NCBI RefSeq assembly: GCF_023055435.1
Contig: NW_025963780.1
Span: 10,788,001 to 10,852,000, forward strand
DNA from: Haliotis rufescens
Lineage: Eukaryota
Direction: 5' to 3'
DNA: 64,000 nt
Shown: in pieces, positions 1-12,689 of the stretch
Layout of the letters: each line of letters opens with the position of its first letter
How positions within the stretch are numbered: position 1 is the first letter of the stretch
The notes under the pieces: generated by a model
The model's database searches: none
Seen by the model: the letters and a program-made list of their open reading frames with translations, nothing else
Told to the model about the DNA's origin: nothing
Made by a program: the position numbers and the translations under genes

Positions 1-1315
1 AGTAAGAAGTAGTTCCGAAACCTCGTTTAAAAGAATAAAAGACGCTGCTTTCCATACAATAGCGTCATGTATTGATGTTCTTCTAACTTCAAAATGCCTA
101 TCAAAGTCTTCATTTACACAATAAATTAAAAAAGTTAAAACAGGTTTATCCTATAGCGAAGTCTTTTTTAAGTCTTCAGGATAGAATAAAAACTTATTTG
201 AGCTTGAAATTCGATAACATTTGTTTAGCTAAGACTTGAAACGTCCAGGTCTTAGAAATACGTTCACGTCCGGATAATTCTACCTTCAGTTGATCACACA
301 ATCTGTGTGCGCTGCATGACTGAAACTTATCGCTTATTTCACAATGGTCTTATTTTACATGTTGGGGGTGATGTTCCTTCACTCTGGGAGAGTACAAGCT
401 GCTATTGTTTCCGAGAAGCTCTGTCTGAATTCTGCATACAGACTGGTCAACTCTGTCACAACAGACAACTTCTCGGGCATCCAGTCTGTGACAACATCGT
501 CCCGTGCTGAATGTCTTGCTCGGTGTGTCGGCGTCAAGCCCTGCACCGGCGTAGTCTACTGCCCCGACGACGACGTCTGTTACCTGATGGCAACGACATC
601 TGAACAAGGCAGCGTCCCCCGCGTCACGTGTCAACTGTTTGTGGAGGAGGATGCTAGGATGCAGGTGAGATAATTACCCTTTTCATTACCACAGCAACTG
701 ATAACACAGAGTTATGATACTGGCAGGTTTCCGGTCCATTGTTTGTCATTCTTGTCGCAGTATTAAACGTTCTTGGAACACAAACCCGAGGCAACCGAAT
801 AGTTCCCTACACTCTGTTGTCTGAGTGGGGACTCAGTGGATATGGCGTCAGGCTTGGTGACTTGGTTGATCAATCCCTTGATTGTCTCGCCCAGACTCTG
901 TCATTTATTATTCCAACATGGAGGAGGTTTTGAAGAGTCTTTTCTTAATTTGACAACGTTAAGTTGGGATTAGCAGTTAATTTCAACCACAAGTTGCAGT
1001 GATATATGACAGAAAGAGACAAATGTCTTCCTTAGAATGAATGATGTTTTAAGGAGAGAAAAGCGTAACTGACTGAGGAAGACTGACATTTATTATATGT
1101 AAACGTACATAAAGTCCTATCACTATATAATATGAAATCTAAGTAGGCTCACTATGCTGTAAGTTAAACACAACACGGTGTTGAACCATCCTCACGCACT
1201 GGCCTGGGGGCAAGTGTAGAATGTAAACGTTCATAACAATCAGTACAATTTTAAAGAATTGTATAGACGCACATTCCGAATACAACGGTAACAGCTGCAG
1301 TACTCAGAAGGTAAA

Positions 1316-1544
1316 GATCCGGGTTAGAATAGGTTTTCATTAACCCATTCTTGTCGTAAGAGGCGACTAACGGGATCGGGAGGTCAGGCTCGAGGACTGA
1401 GTTGATGCATGTCGTCGTATACCATTTGCATTGATCGATGTTCATGACATCAATAACTGGATTGTCTGGTCCAGACCCGATTATTTACAGACCGCCGTCA
1501 TATAGCTTGAATATTGCTGAGTGCGGCGTTAAACAACAAACAAA
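1316..1544 (+). mobile_element. SINE-like family A retroposon with 11-bp TSD, in intron 1 of copy 1
   Basis: TSD cagaaggtaaa at 1305-1315 and 1545-1555; (aaac)n tail; many homologous copies in the window. Confidence 0.85.
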
Positions 1545-1605
1545 CAGAAGGTAAAAGGGAATATTTTGGACCATCTTTACAAGGAATTATCTCATGCAGG
1601 GAACG

Positions 1606-4600
1606 ACTGATGTTCTGACTTCCCCCGCAACATCTAAAGCTTTGACGAACACAATAGGCGACATAACACCCTCCACAACTGAAACTATGTCATCGTCGGC
1701 AAAGGAATTCATGACACCCTCCACAACAGAAGACATCACATCCTCAACAACAGAAGCCATGACATCCTTAACAACAGAAGTCATGACATCGTCAACAACA
1801 GAAGTCATGACACCCTCCACAACAGAAGACATGGCATCGTCCACAACAGAAGCCATGACACCCTCCACAACAGAAGACATCATATCGTCCACAACAGAAG
1901 CCAAGGCGACGTCCACAACAGAAGCCAAGGCATCGTCCACAACAGAAGCCATGGCATCGTCCACAACAGAAGCCATGACATCGTCCACAACAGAAGCCAT
2001 GACACCCTCCACAACAGAAGCCATGACATCGTCCATAACAGAAGCCATGACACACTCAACAACAGAAGACATCACATCGTCCACAACAGAAGCCATGACA
2101 CACTCCACAACAGAAGACATGACATCGTCCATAACAGAAGCCATGACATCGTCCCCAACAAAAGCCATGACACCCTCCACAACAGAAGACATCACATCGT
2201 CCACAACAGAAGCCATGACACACTCCTCAACAGAAGACATTACATCGTCCATAACAGAAGCCATGACACACTCAACAACAGAAGACATCACATCGTCCAT
2301 TACAGAAGCCATGACACACTCAACAACAGAAGTCATGGCATCGTCCACAACAGAAGCCATGACACCCTCCACAACAGAAGACATCACATCGTCCACAACA
2401 GTAGCCATGACAGCCTCCTTAACAGAAGACATCACATCGTCCATAACAGAAGCCATGACACACTCAACAATAAAAGTCATGGCATCGTCCACAACAGAAG
2501 CCATGACACCCTCCACAACAGAAGACATCATATCGTCCACAACAGGAGCCATGACACCCTCCACAACAGAAGCCATGACACACCCAACAACAGAAGTCAT
2601 GGCATCGTCAACAACAGAAGCCATGACACCCTCCACAACAGAAGACATCACATCGTCCACAACAGAAGCCATGACACACTCAACAACAGAAGTCATGACA
2701 CCCTCCACAACAGAAGACATCACATCGTCCACAACAGTAGCCATGACAGCCTCCTTAACAGAAGACATCACATCGTCCATAACAGAAGCCATGACACACT
2801 CAACAATAAAAGTCATGGCATCGTCCACAACAGAAGCCATGACACCCTCCACAACAGAAGACATCATATCGTCCACAACAGGAGCCATGACACCCTCCAC
2901 AACAGAAGCCATGACACACCCAACAACAGAAGTCATGGCATCGTCAACAACAGAAGCCATGACACCCTCCACAACAGAAGACATCACATCGTCCACAACA
3001 GAAGCCATGACACACTCAACAACAGAAGTCATGACATCGTCAAAGACAGAAGCCATGACACCCTCCTCAACAGAAGACATCACTTCGTCCATAACAGAAG
3101 CCATGACACCGTCCACAACAGAAGCCATGACATCGTCCACAACAGAAGCCATGACACCCTCCACAACAAAAGCCACGCCACCCTCAACAACAGAAGCCAT
3201 CACATCGTCCATAACAAAAGCCATGACATCCTCCACAACAGAAGACATCACATCGTCCACAACAGAAGCCATGACACACTCAACAACAGAAGTCATGACA
3301 TCGTCAAAGACAGAAGCCATGACACCCTCCTCAACAGAAGACATCACTTCGTCCATAACAGAAGCCATGACACCGTCCACAACAGAAGCCATGACATCGT
3401 CCACAACAAAAGCCATGACACCCTCCACAACAGAAGACATCACATCGTCCACAAGAGAAGCCATGACACCCTCCTCAACAGAAGACATCACATCGTCCAT
3501 AACAGAAGCCACGACACACTCAACAACAGAAGTCATGGCATCGTCCACAACAGAAGACATCATATCGTCCACAACAGAAGCTATAACATCCTCAACAACA
3601 GAAGCCATGACATCCTTAACAACAAAAGCCATGACATCCTCAACAACAGAAGCCATTAGATCCTCAACAACAGACGCCATGACATCGTCCACAACAGAGG
3701 CCATGACATCGTTTACAACAGAAACCACGACATCATCCACAACAGTCGCCATGACACCCTCCACAACAGAAGCCATGATACCCTCCACAACAGAAACTAC
3801 GTCATCCTTCACACCAGAAGCCATGACACCCTCCACAACAAAAGCCATGACATCCTCCACAACAAAAGCTATGACATCCTTAACAACAAGAGCTATTACA
3901 TCCCCAACAACAGAAGACATCACATCGTCCATAACAGAAGCCACGTCATCCTTCACAACAGGAGACATCTTATCCTTCACAACAGAAGCCATGACATCCC
4001 CCACAACAAAAGCCATGACATCCGTAACAACAAGAGCTATGACATCCCCAACAACAGAAGACATCACATCGTCCATAACAGAAGCCACGTCATCCTTCAC
4101 AACAGGAGACATCTTATCCTTCACAACAGAAGCCATGACATCCTCCACAACAAAAGCCATGACATCCTTAACAACAAGAGCTATGACATCCCCAACAACA
4201 GAAGACATCACATCGTCCATAACAGAAGCCACGTCATCGTTCACAACAGAAGCCATCACATCATCCAGAACAAAAGCCATGTCATCCTCCACAAGAGAAG
4301 CCATATCATCCTCCACAACGGAAGCCATGACATTCTCCACAACAGAAGACATGACGCCCTCAACAATTGAAGCTGTCCTCCTCAACAACAGAACCCATCA
4401 CATCGTCCACAACAAAACCCATCACATGGTTCACAAAAGAAAAAATGAGACCCTTAGTTATTGAAGCTATGTCATCCTCAACAACAGAAGCTATGACATC
4501 GTTCATAACAGAAGCCACGACAAGAGAAACCACGACACCCTCAAAAAATTAAGCTAGGTCATCCTCCATAACAGAAGCCATCACATCGTCCACAACAGTC

Positions 4601-4790
4601 GCCATGACACCCTCCACAACAGAAGCCATATCATCCTTCACAACGGAAGTCATGACATTCTCAACGACAGAAGTCATGACATCGTCCACAACAGACGTCG
4701 TGACATCCTCCACAACAGAAGACATCACATCGTCCACAACAAAAGCCATGACATCCCCCACAACAGAAGACATCACATCGTCCACATCGT
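1606..4790 (+). repeat. Coding 24-bp tandem repeat (8-aa Thr/Ser/Met mucin unit) with higher-order 336-bp and 144-bp duplications
   Basis: Unit ~acaacagaagccatgacatcgtcc; gtagccatgacagcc recurs at 2401 and 2737; tccccaacaacagaagac recurs at 3901, 4045 and 4189. Confidence 0.95.
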
Positions 4791-5019
4791 TCGAGGGGCG
4801 CTTGCACTTTAACAATAAAGTGTATCGTGGTCATTTTTCTTCTTCTAAAATAAGGCAGAAACAGAAATTACACATGATTTAAGATTTATCAATCACTTAT
4901 TTACTAGACAATTCAGTTGAAGACAGCTAGTTTGTTAGGAATCATAAGGCGTTTCCTGGTTCTAGCAAATAATCTTGAATATATGTTTGTGTGTGTCTTT
5001 TTGGTTTCGTTTTCTTTTT

Positions 5020-5274
5020 GCTTTTTAACAGTATTCCAGTTATATCGCGTCGTGTCAGCTTAATGTGGGAGGAAAGACCGAAGTGATGCAGGTCTCAGAC
5101 GTTTACCACTTCGGCAAAACCCACGAGCACGGGTATGGTGCTGACAAACCTAGAAACATAATCTGGACGAACAGGGATTCGAACCGACAATCATAGGTTT
5201 CTGGCGTGCCCAAGGGACGCAACTCTGCACAGCGAATCGCGGCGCCTCAGACGACTGAGCCACCCGTGCCCCCC
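5020..5274 (-). mobile_element. tRNA(Leu-like)-derived SINE family B
   Basis: Reverse complement of 8651-8960; B-box ggttcgaatccc on the - strand. Confidence 0.8.
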
Positions 5275-5621
5275 AATACAGAAGGAACATGATTCTAAAT
5301 GTTATCATGTTTAATAAATATTGCATAAATCCAAAGTATCCATAACTCCATTAATCCGACGGTGTGGACAGACATCACCACCATATACGTTGATGGACGA
5401 CCTGAGTAGCGAAACCAAGCAGGAACAGCTCTCACGAACGACCACGGTTCCACGAAATAACAACATTCCAAATGTTATGCTTACACATTGCCATATATCC
5501 CCGTGGATATTCCGGGGAAGGGGTGGTCCTCAGCATAGCTGAGATCATATGGTCAAGCTGCTGCCGTCATGACGTGAATCGTTGTTCATGCTCCCAGTCG
5601 CTATTTGCCTGGTCCATTGTA

Positions 5622-7081
5622 CACTGAAAGGCAAAAGAAACGTCATGTGGATGTATCATATAAACATCTTTATTTTCAAATGCTTATATATGTAAGTAAA
5701 GACATCGGAGAAAGTCAGTGTTTGACCCACATGAAATTAACAGTCTGGGGAATATTTTTTGCGAATTGTGAATTTGGGGAGGCACCAGAAGACATCACTG
5801 CTGGGGGGTTCAAAATCAGTACCTGGTGTGGCCACCACGCACGTTGACTACAGCCACACATCTCCTGTACATGGAGTGGACTAGCCTGTTTGATGAAGGC
5901 CATTGGGATAGGGGCCCATATCCTCAGGAACGCTACACGCAGTTCTGCTGCAGTTGTCGGCCTTGGGCGTACGTCGTTGAGTTGGCGTTGGATCTCATCC
6001 CACAAGTGTTCAATGGGATTCAAATCCGGACTCAGGGCAGGCCAAGGCATGATTGGGATGTTGTGCTGCTGGAGGAAGTCCCTGGTGACTCTGGCAGTGT
6101 GGGGACGGGCGTTGTCTTGCTGAAAGGTGTGGTTTTGATGACGGGCAAAAAAAGGCACGATATGGGGTTTGAGGACTTGGTCAATGTAGTGGAGAGCTGT
6201 GATGCCATTACCCCTGCCTGGACCAATATTCTGAAAGACCACAGGCCCCACTCTCTGGTTCAGTCCGATTCCACTCCAAACCATGATGCTCGTTCCATAA
6301 CACAAGCATCAGCATAAGGTTCGCCCCTCCTTCGCCAGACCCTGACTCTGCCATCCACCGTTGAAACACAGTAGCGACTTTCATCAGTGAAGATGATTCT
6401 TCTCCATTGCTGTTGACGCTCATTTTGATGCTGTCTGGCCCATTGCAGTCGGGCCTGTCGGTGACGATCTCTCAGGATGGGTACACGAGCAGGACGGTGG
6501 CACGAGATGATGTTGGCAGTTAGGCGACGTCGGACTGTACGATCACATGGCACGCTGGTGGTTGCCAAAGGTTTGCCGAGCTGTTTCAGTGGCCATTCGG
6601 AGTCGGTTCTGCAGATGTTGGCGTGTCATGAACCGATCTTGTCTGGGAGTAGTGACTCTAGGACGACCACTACGCGGTCGGTCGTCGGTGGTGTTGTGGC
6701 GATGTTGCAAACTATATATCGTTCTGCCGGTGACATTTGCAACGACATGTGCACTCTGGCCTGCTTGCAGTCTTCCGATCGCTTGTTGTCTCTCATTTCC
6801 CGATAATCTTGGCATGGCTGATGAATCGAAATAACGAAAGCCAGCTTAACAGTTTTGGGTGTCTTTTATACCCATACCATCCAAGATATTTTTAACAAGA
6901 CTTTTCCGCAACTGAGTCCCATTGCACTCCATTTTAAACTCAATTGTTAAATGGACTTTAAGGCAACAAAAAGAAGCAGTAGAACGATAAATGAGTTTAT
7001 TGACCACAGAACTTGTAACTGCCAGTGTTTGTTAAGTTTTATCAGTATTTTCAGAAGTGACGTTTCTTTTGCCTTTCAGTG
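5622..7081 (-). mobile_element. Tc1-family (DD34E) DNA transposon, 1460 bp, intact termini
   Basis: Perfect 24-bp TIRs cactgaaaggcaaaagaaacgtca (5622-5645 / 7058-7081) flanked by TA at 5620-5621 and 7082-7083. Confidence 0.95.
5816..6815 (-). pseudogene. Tc1 transposase, disrupted by about three frameshifts
   Basis: HTH with RPRSGRPRVTT, then FTDESR, QQDNARPH and SPDLNPIEHLW (34 residues between D and E); C-terminal GGHTRY* in another frame; split over ORFs 6815-6543, 6568-6260, 6305-5715. Confidence 0.92.
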
Positions 7082-7423
7082 TATATACGTCGCCACCACA
7101 TTCACACACGTAGCTTGAACATTGCTGACTACGGCGCTAAACAACATTCAGTCACACGCTATACGTGTACGTGCTGTGGCACCAACTTTGACTTCTGACT
7201 TCAACTTTTAGTTTCGTTCAAGTCAATTTACAAACTGGGGATCTTTTTAGTAGCCAATGTAAACCTGCAGAAATAATAGAGGATCACAAACGAGACAGCA
7301 CTGCCCTTATATTCGCATGTGAAGTCTTCGTGCCTTCCAGAAACAATGTTGTTACGCTGCATATGAGCACCGAATAGTAGGAATATGGTAACAGTGCTAT
7401 GTACATCTCCGCTTTAACTATCC

Positions 7424-7688
7424 GTGAGTGAGTGAGTTGGGTAACGCCGCTTTTAACAGTATTCCAGTTATATCGCGGCGTGTCAGCATAAAGCTGAAAG
7501 CTTAAAGCCCGAAGTGATGCAGGTCTCAGACGTTTACCACTTCGGTAAAACCAGAGAGCACGAGTATGGTGCTGACAAACCTAGCAACACAATCGGGGCG
7601 AACCGGGATTCGAACCCACAATTAAAGGTTTTTGGCTTGCCCAAGGGACGCAACTCTGCACAGCGAATCGCTTCGCCTTAGACGACTG
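7424..7688 (-). mobile_element. SINE family B copy
   Basis: Near-identical reverse complement of 8695-8960 with (gagt)n tail. Confidence 0.85.
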
Positions 7689-8549
7689 TTACTGGTCGCA
7701 AATAACTTTTAATAATTTACTATCCAACTTTGACTAGTCACTAATAACTTTGACTGCCCGACAATGACTGGTCAATAATACACGTTGAAGTGCAGAAAAC
7801 ACCGGATAGTAAAAGTGGAACAGTACATGGGTACGAAGTCGTGGCTACAGGAAGTATTTTCTTCCCATGAAGGGAAGGGCTCATCTCAACACAAGGCTTC
7901 ACCATCCCTACCCCTCACATCAAATAAACTCATTGATATTGTTGGAATACAAATTACAGCTACGCAAATATGTTCATGATAATAACTGAAGCCTAACAAC
8001 AATAAAAACAACAACACATCTACACTTGTCCATTACAAGTACACTCACGATGAGGTGCACAGAATAGGCCAATGGGATCCATTGTGTAGCGTCGACACCC
8101 TTGTCATGTGAGACTTGGGTAAATGTTAGACTATAGTCGACTGTCAACCAGTTGTTTGTGAAGAGTAGAGCTATTGTCTCATCGGAACTCAATAGTTTCT
8201 TCACTAGTGTTATATCCACCGGAACAGGTAAACAAGTAGAACATTAGGTAACGCTTAGAAAGCCATAAGCCTCGGGCAAATCTAAGTTGTTCAATGAAAT
8301 AACACAGGAAGTTATCTACCTGTGTACCTCCAGTTTTTCATTTCACATGTTTTAAGAATATTATTTAAACTCAGCAAAGGAGAAGTCGATAAAGTTACAG
8401 AAATAAAAATGTTACTTTATTGTGTTCCAGGAAGTGTCAACATATTGACATAGACGCCATCTTCCTCAGGTCACGACTTTCAGAAGAAAGCAGTCAGCAT
8501 TCAAGATAAGCTGCATATACGTATCCGCGTAAATACACAAGTAAATACA

Positions 8550-8650
8550 CTGTTACACAGTTACTTAGGAGATGTTTACCACCAAGTGTAGCCTCACGCA
8601 GTTGGCTAAGCAGATTTGCATACCATTGGCCATTAATGCTCTGACCTTTT

Positions 8651-8685
<35 letters not shown>

Positions 8686-9047
8686 GGGTGGCCCAGTCGT
8701 CTACGGCGCCGCGATTCGCTGTGCAGAGTTGCGTCCCTTAGGCACGCCAGAAACCTATGATTGTGGGTTCGAATCCCGGTTCGCCCCGATTATGTTTCTA
8801 GGTTTGTCAGCACCATACCCGTGCTCGTGGGTTTCACCGAAGTGGTAAACGTCTGAGACCTGCATCACTTCGGGCTTTCCTCCCACATTAAGCTGACACG
8901 CCGTGATATAACTGGAATACTGTTAAAAGCGGCGTTAAACCCAACTCACTCACTCACTCACTCTGACCTTTTGGGAGGCAGTCCACCAGTAGGATTCATT
9001 TGGAATCATCGAAAGCCGAATACATCACCTTGCCAGATGATGGAACA
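8550..9047 (-). pseudogene. Mariner-type transposase fragment interrupted by a SINE
   Basis: Removing the SINE plus one TSD restores LVPSSGKVMYSAFDDSK*ILLVDCLPKGQSINGQWYANLLSQLREA, matching the mariner-type KVMxSVFWDxxGILxxDxLxxGxTINxxxYxxLLxxL segment. Confidence 0.75.
8651..8960 (+). mobile_element. Full-length tRNA(Leu-like)-derived SINE family B with 12-bp TSD and 5' G30 tract
   Basis: A-box-like gtggcccagtcgtc, B-box gggttcgaatccc, (actc)n tail, TSD ctctgacctttt at 8639-8650 and 8961-8972. Confidence 0.9.
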
Positions 9048-9580
9048 AGATCAGCCACCCCTCGTACATGCAGACAAGCGCTACTCGTCTTTTTTGTAAC
9101 ATAGACGTATTTCGATTTTATGAGCTCACGCTATATCTGACACACTTGGGGCAGCGCATGAATTCAGATGCACTTTTTTGAGTCACATTAAACAGCATGA
9201 GAGACAGAATTATATTTTAAAAATGTAGTTCTTTGTTTTTGTTTGTAAATACCGAAAAAGACTGCTCGTAGGAGGTAAACCTTTTCAAATACCCAAAGAA
9301 AACTACAATTGATTACATGTTTGTTTTAGACACATCTTACCCCAGCATATCAAATCGTCGGCCCTTTTCGAGTGGGATTTTATCACTGTCTCAAAAAAAT
9401 GCATAGTTATTAAATTGGTTTTGCTTGAAATAATAAATAACAATACAAACATATAAAATGCTCAAATGTGGTCTGATTTAACAATAATATAACAACTTAT
9501 GAATGACACTCCGGAAAAAGATTAATCAATTAACACCTGAAATTGAGAGCATATGAACATAATGTTTCAGCTGTGGGGAT

Positions 9581-9766
9581 TCTGGGTAAGAATATTAGTT
9601 CAAAGCACCCATGCTTGCCGGGAAACTAAATGGATCTGGTGGCTCCAATTCCATGGCCTCCTTGTGCTATCTATGATCACTTTATTGTCTGGTCCTAATG
9701 TGGTTATTTACAGACTGCCGTCATGTAGCTGAAACATTGCCTAGTGCGGCGTTAAACATAAAACAA
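9581..9766 (+). mobile_element. Degenerate SINE-like family A copy
   Basis: cccatgcttgcc, ttgtctggtcc and gtgcggcgttaaac blocks in order. Confidence 0.6.
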
Positions 9767-12689
9767 ACTGCAGGAATATGGCAATTCATGATTGGTGACA
9801 TTTCAGCTTACAATAATTCTACTAATATGAAATTTAGAAAATTTACAGAAAAAGATTTAACATATGCATGACAAAAACTTTAAGCAATATCATAATCCAA
9901 CAATTGTTTACATTCACAGATATGGAAATGGTAATGTTATTTGCTAAAATAATGCTATTAATAACTTTTGCAAAGACGTTTCACGTATATTTGTTTGAAG
10001 GCATAATCAAATACAGATGATTGTATGCACCCTGCTGATCCATATGTAATATATCAGTGCATAGGGATGATGGCGTCATAGGCAGATTGACCACCTGTGC
10101 TTTTGTTACTGCAATTATTTCTATAGTACTGATTAAATAATGTATCACAACCCCAACGTGCCTTCTTCAACCATAACAGGGATTTATGTAGACCTCTAGA
10201 GGCCGGCAGCAGCAAATATCTCCAATAATTGGTAACGTAGTTACGACCAATGTAATGGCTTCGTCGAGGTCGTAGTTGCCTGGAATGCAGTGTTAGAATA
10301 CCTTGGACAACAAGAACCCACCAGAGGAACTTAGTTTGGAGTCGTCGATGAATCCGAATTAAAATCACAATTAGCTTTTCAAATATAAATTCAATGAACA
10401 AATTTATTAAGTGGAATTTCTTGATCTGTTTTGCAGTGTATACAATATCCCATTATGATTATATAAAAATTGATTATTTTCAAGGTAAAGACAGATCGGG
10501 AAATTGTTCTCATTCTGATGACTGGAATTTATCTTCAATGATATCAGCCAAGAGAGGAAGAGTGCTGCAGTGAGGCCCCAAACAGGTGGCGTTCTTCAAC
10601 CATCATCACCTCCCCTGCCAGAGCGGATGTGCTGGATTGACATAGGCTGACATCAGTTACATGACACATTACACCATGTACAGGTTACATGACTGTGTGT
10701 CTATATTACACTGCATTTTACTGCGTGCTGGATGCTGAGTTATCACAAAATGATATGTAATAACTGTTTCTTAACAATGTATTTCAGCATCAGTGGTCAC
10801 AGGACAGTATTTACAGGCATGTCGGCCCTGGACATGGCTAGGTGACTTCTTGTTCAGCGACAACCATATCACAACCGTCCCAACCATGGATGGGCAACAG
10901 GCGCCACCACCGAACTAACAATAGAGAAGGAAATACTTAGTGAGGGTTAAGGAATCTCAATAAAAGATCAATGAAGCTCAGCTGAAACTGTCTAAAAAAC
11001 TTGAAACATCATTCATTGAATAACCTAAATGACATAGTGCCAACCTGTAAGACTACTGAAATTGGTTTTTGCTCATGTTTTTGTAGGTATGGAGATTTTG
11101 TCCCACCTACTGACTTCAAATATACCGTGGCACAATATTAAATGCCAATGTTGCAAAAGCTGTTAGTACTTGATGAACAGAGACATGTGAAAGCTCAGAT
11201 GATTTATCACACATTGCTACCTAATCGCAGATAAAAGCTAGGATTCGTATCATAATACATGTATGTGGTTAAAGCGTGTATTACTAAATGATTAAAGGCC
11301 AAATGCTATATTTCTAGATCCAACTTTCTGAAGGGCCCGGGTGAGTATATGCTAAGAGAAGACCTCCACTTATTTCAATACCTCACCCTCCAACTTCCCG
11401 AATCAATAACTTGGTGAATTAAAACGTTCCACAAACGTGTATACTGATGTATGTAATGTCCCAACAATAGTTTCTGGTATTGATTTATATCTCAATGAAA
11501 ATACTTCACTCTTAGTAACATCCTGTTTCAAAGACAAACATCAGAAACACCGAAACGTCACTCCCAGTTGTAATAAAGAAGTTGTTCATCCATATATCTT
11601 ATTCTTACTTATGTGGAATAAATACCTGGTTTGATAAACAAAGAGTGTTATGTAGATAAGACTTAAGTGCATACCCTGGAAAAGATAAGTCGGCATGCGG
11701 CATCAATGACTCCAGTCAAATAGTGGGGTATACACATACATGGTATGCGGACATTGCTTGTCTACCTGGGTTGTGAAAGAATTTTAAAATGTGAATACTA
11801 AAGAAGCATCAAGGAGGTCTACACACTGGTTGATATTGGTGTAGTGTCAAACAATTTGTATAGTTGACACTCAATGACTGATAAAATATGTTTCAAAGAA
11901 CGGCTGTATTCTTAAATAACAAAACTTCAAGATTGCTTACAAAATGTACTGTGACCATACAACTGCAACGCTTTACGTTGTGTTTCCTTGTTTTCTATTG
12001 AGACTCCTGGTAAGAATAGGAATACTGTCTCCCCCTGGTGGGTTTCCTATGGGAGTAAGAGCCTATGCTTGGCATAAGAGGTGACTAAGTGGATCAGATG
12101 GTCAGGATCGCTGAAGAAATGTGGAAAGGTGACGCTTTTTAAATATTTTGCTTTAAAAAAAATAACATACAACATATGTGACTCTATCCATAAAATAAAT
12201 ACTAAACATGGAGAACACTGTGAGTTTAGGATAAATACATAACACACTGTGAGAAGCAAGGGAGAAAACATTAATTGATGTTGTATGCTAGTTCAAGGTC
12301 TGTCGAACTTGGAACATAAATCTCTCCCTTCACACTGGTAAACTGGAATGGTTTTTTAAACAACCAATTTGAAAACAGTTTCCATAAAATAATACACAAT
12401 AAGCGCAGTCCACTTCAATACTTCTGTTGCTATGGACAACGTCGTAAACAAAGTAATTTAAAAAACGTGAAACATTTACACACTTAATTAAAAGTAAACA
12501 AGTCTATCCCATAGCGAAGTCTTTTGTATTTCTTGAGTATAGAATCAAAACTTTGGTATTCGATAACATTTGTTTAGCTAACACTTGCAACTTCAAGGTC
12601 TTAGAAATACGCTCAGCCGATCATTCGACCTGCAGTTGATCACAAAATCTGTGTGCGCTGCATGTCTGAAACTTATCGCTTATATCACA

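Larger units (their letters stand above)
344..4790 (+). pseudogene. PAN/Apple-mucin gene copy 1, truncated or pseudogenised paralog of 12690-18662; exon 1 344-664, exon 2 from 1600; frame ends 4464 (~1061 aa if translated); EGF and fibrinogen parts missing
   Basis: Exon 1 nearly identical to 12690-13010 (signal peptide + Cys-rich PAN-like domain). CAG|GTGAGA donor at 665 and CAG|GGA acceptor at 1599/1600, both phase 0. 24-bp TTEAMTSS repeats; ~2-bp loss near 4374; in-frame TAA at 4550-4552; repeats stop ~4790 and join DNA homologous to 19582 onward. Confidence 0.8.

Noticed and set aside
1587-4388. 933-aa Val/Asp/Met-rich antisense ORF (also 13947-16634, 16638-17672, 4549-4815)
   Set aside because: Shadow of the stop-poor 24-bp mucin repeat; splice sites and domains support the + strand only.
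8494-8848. Poly-Pro and poly-Gly ORFs
   Set aside because: Caused by the G30 tract of the SINE inserted in the mariner fossil.
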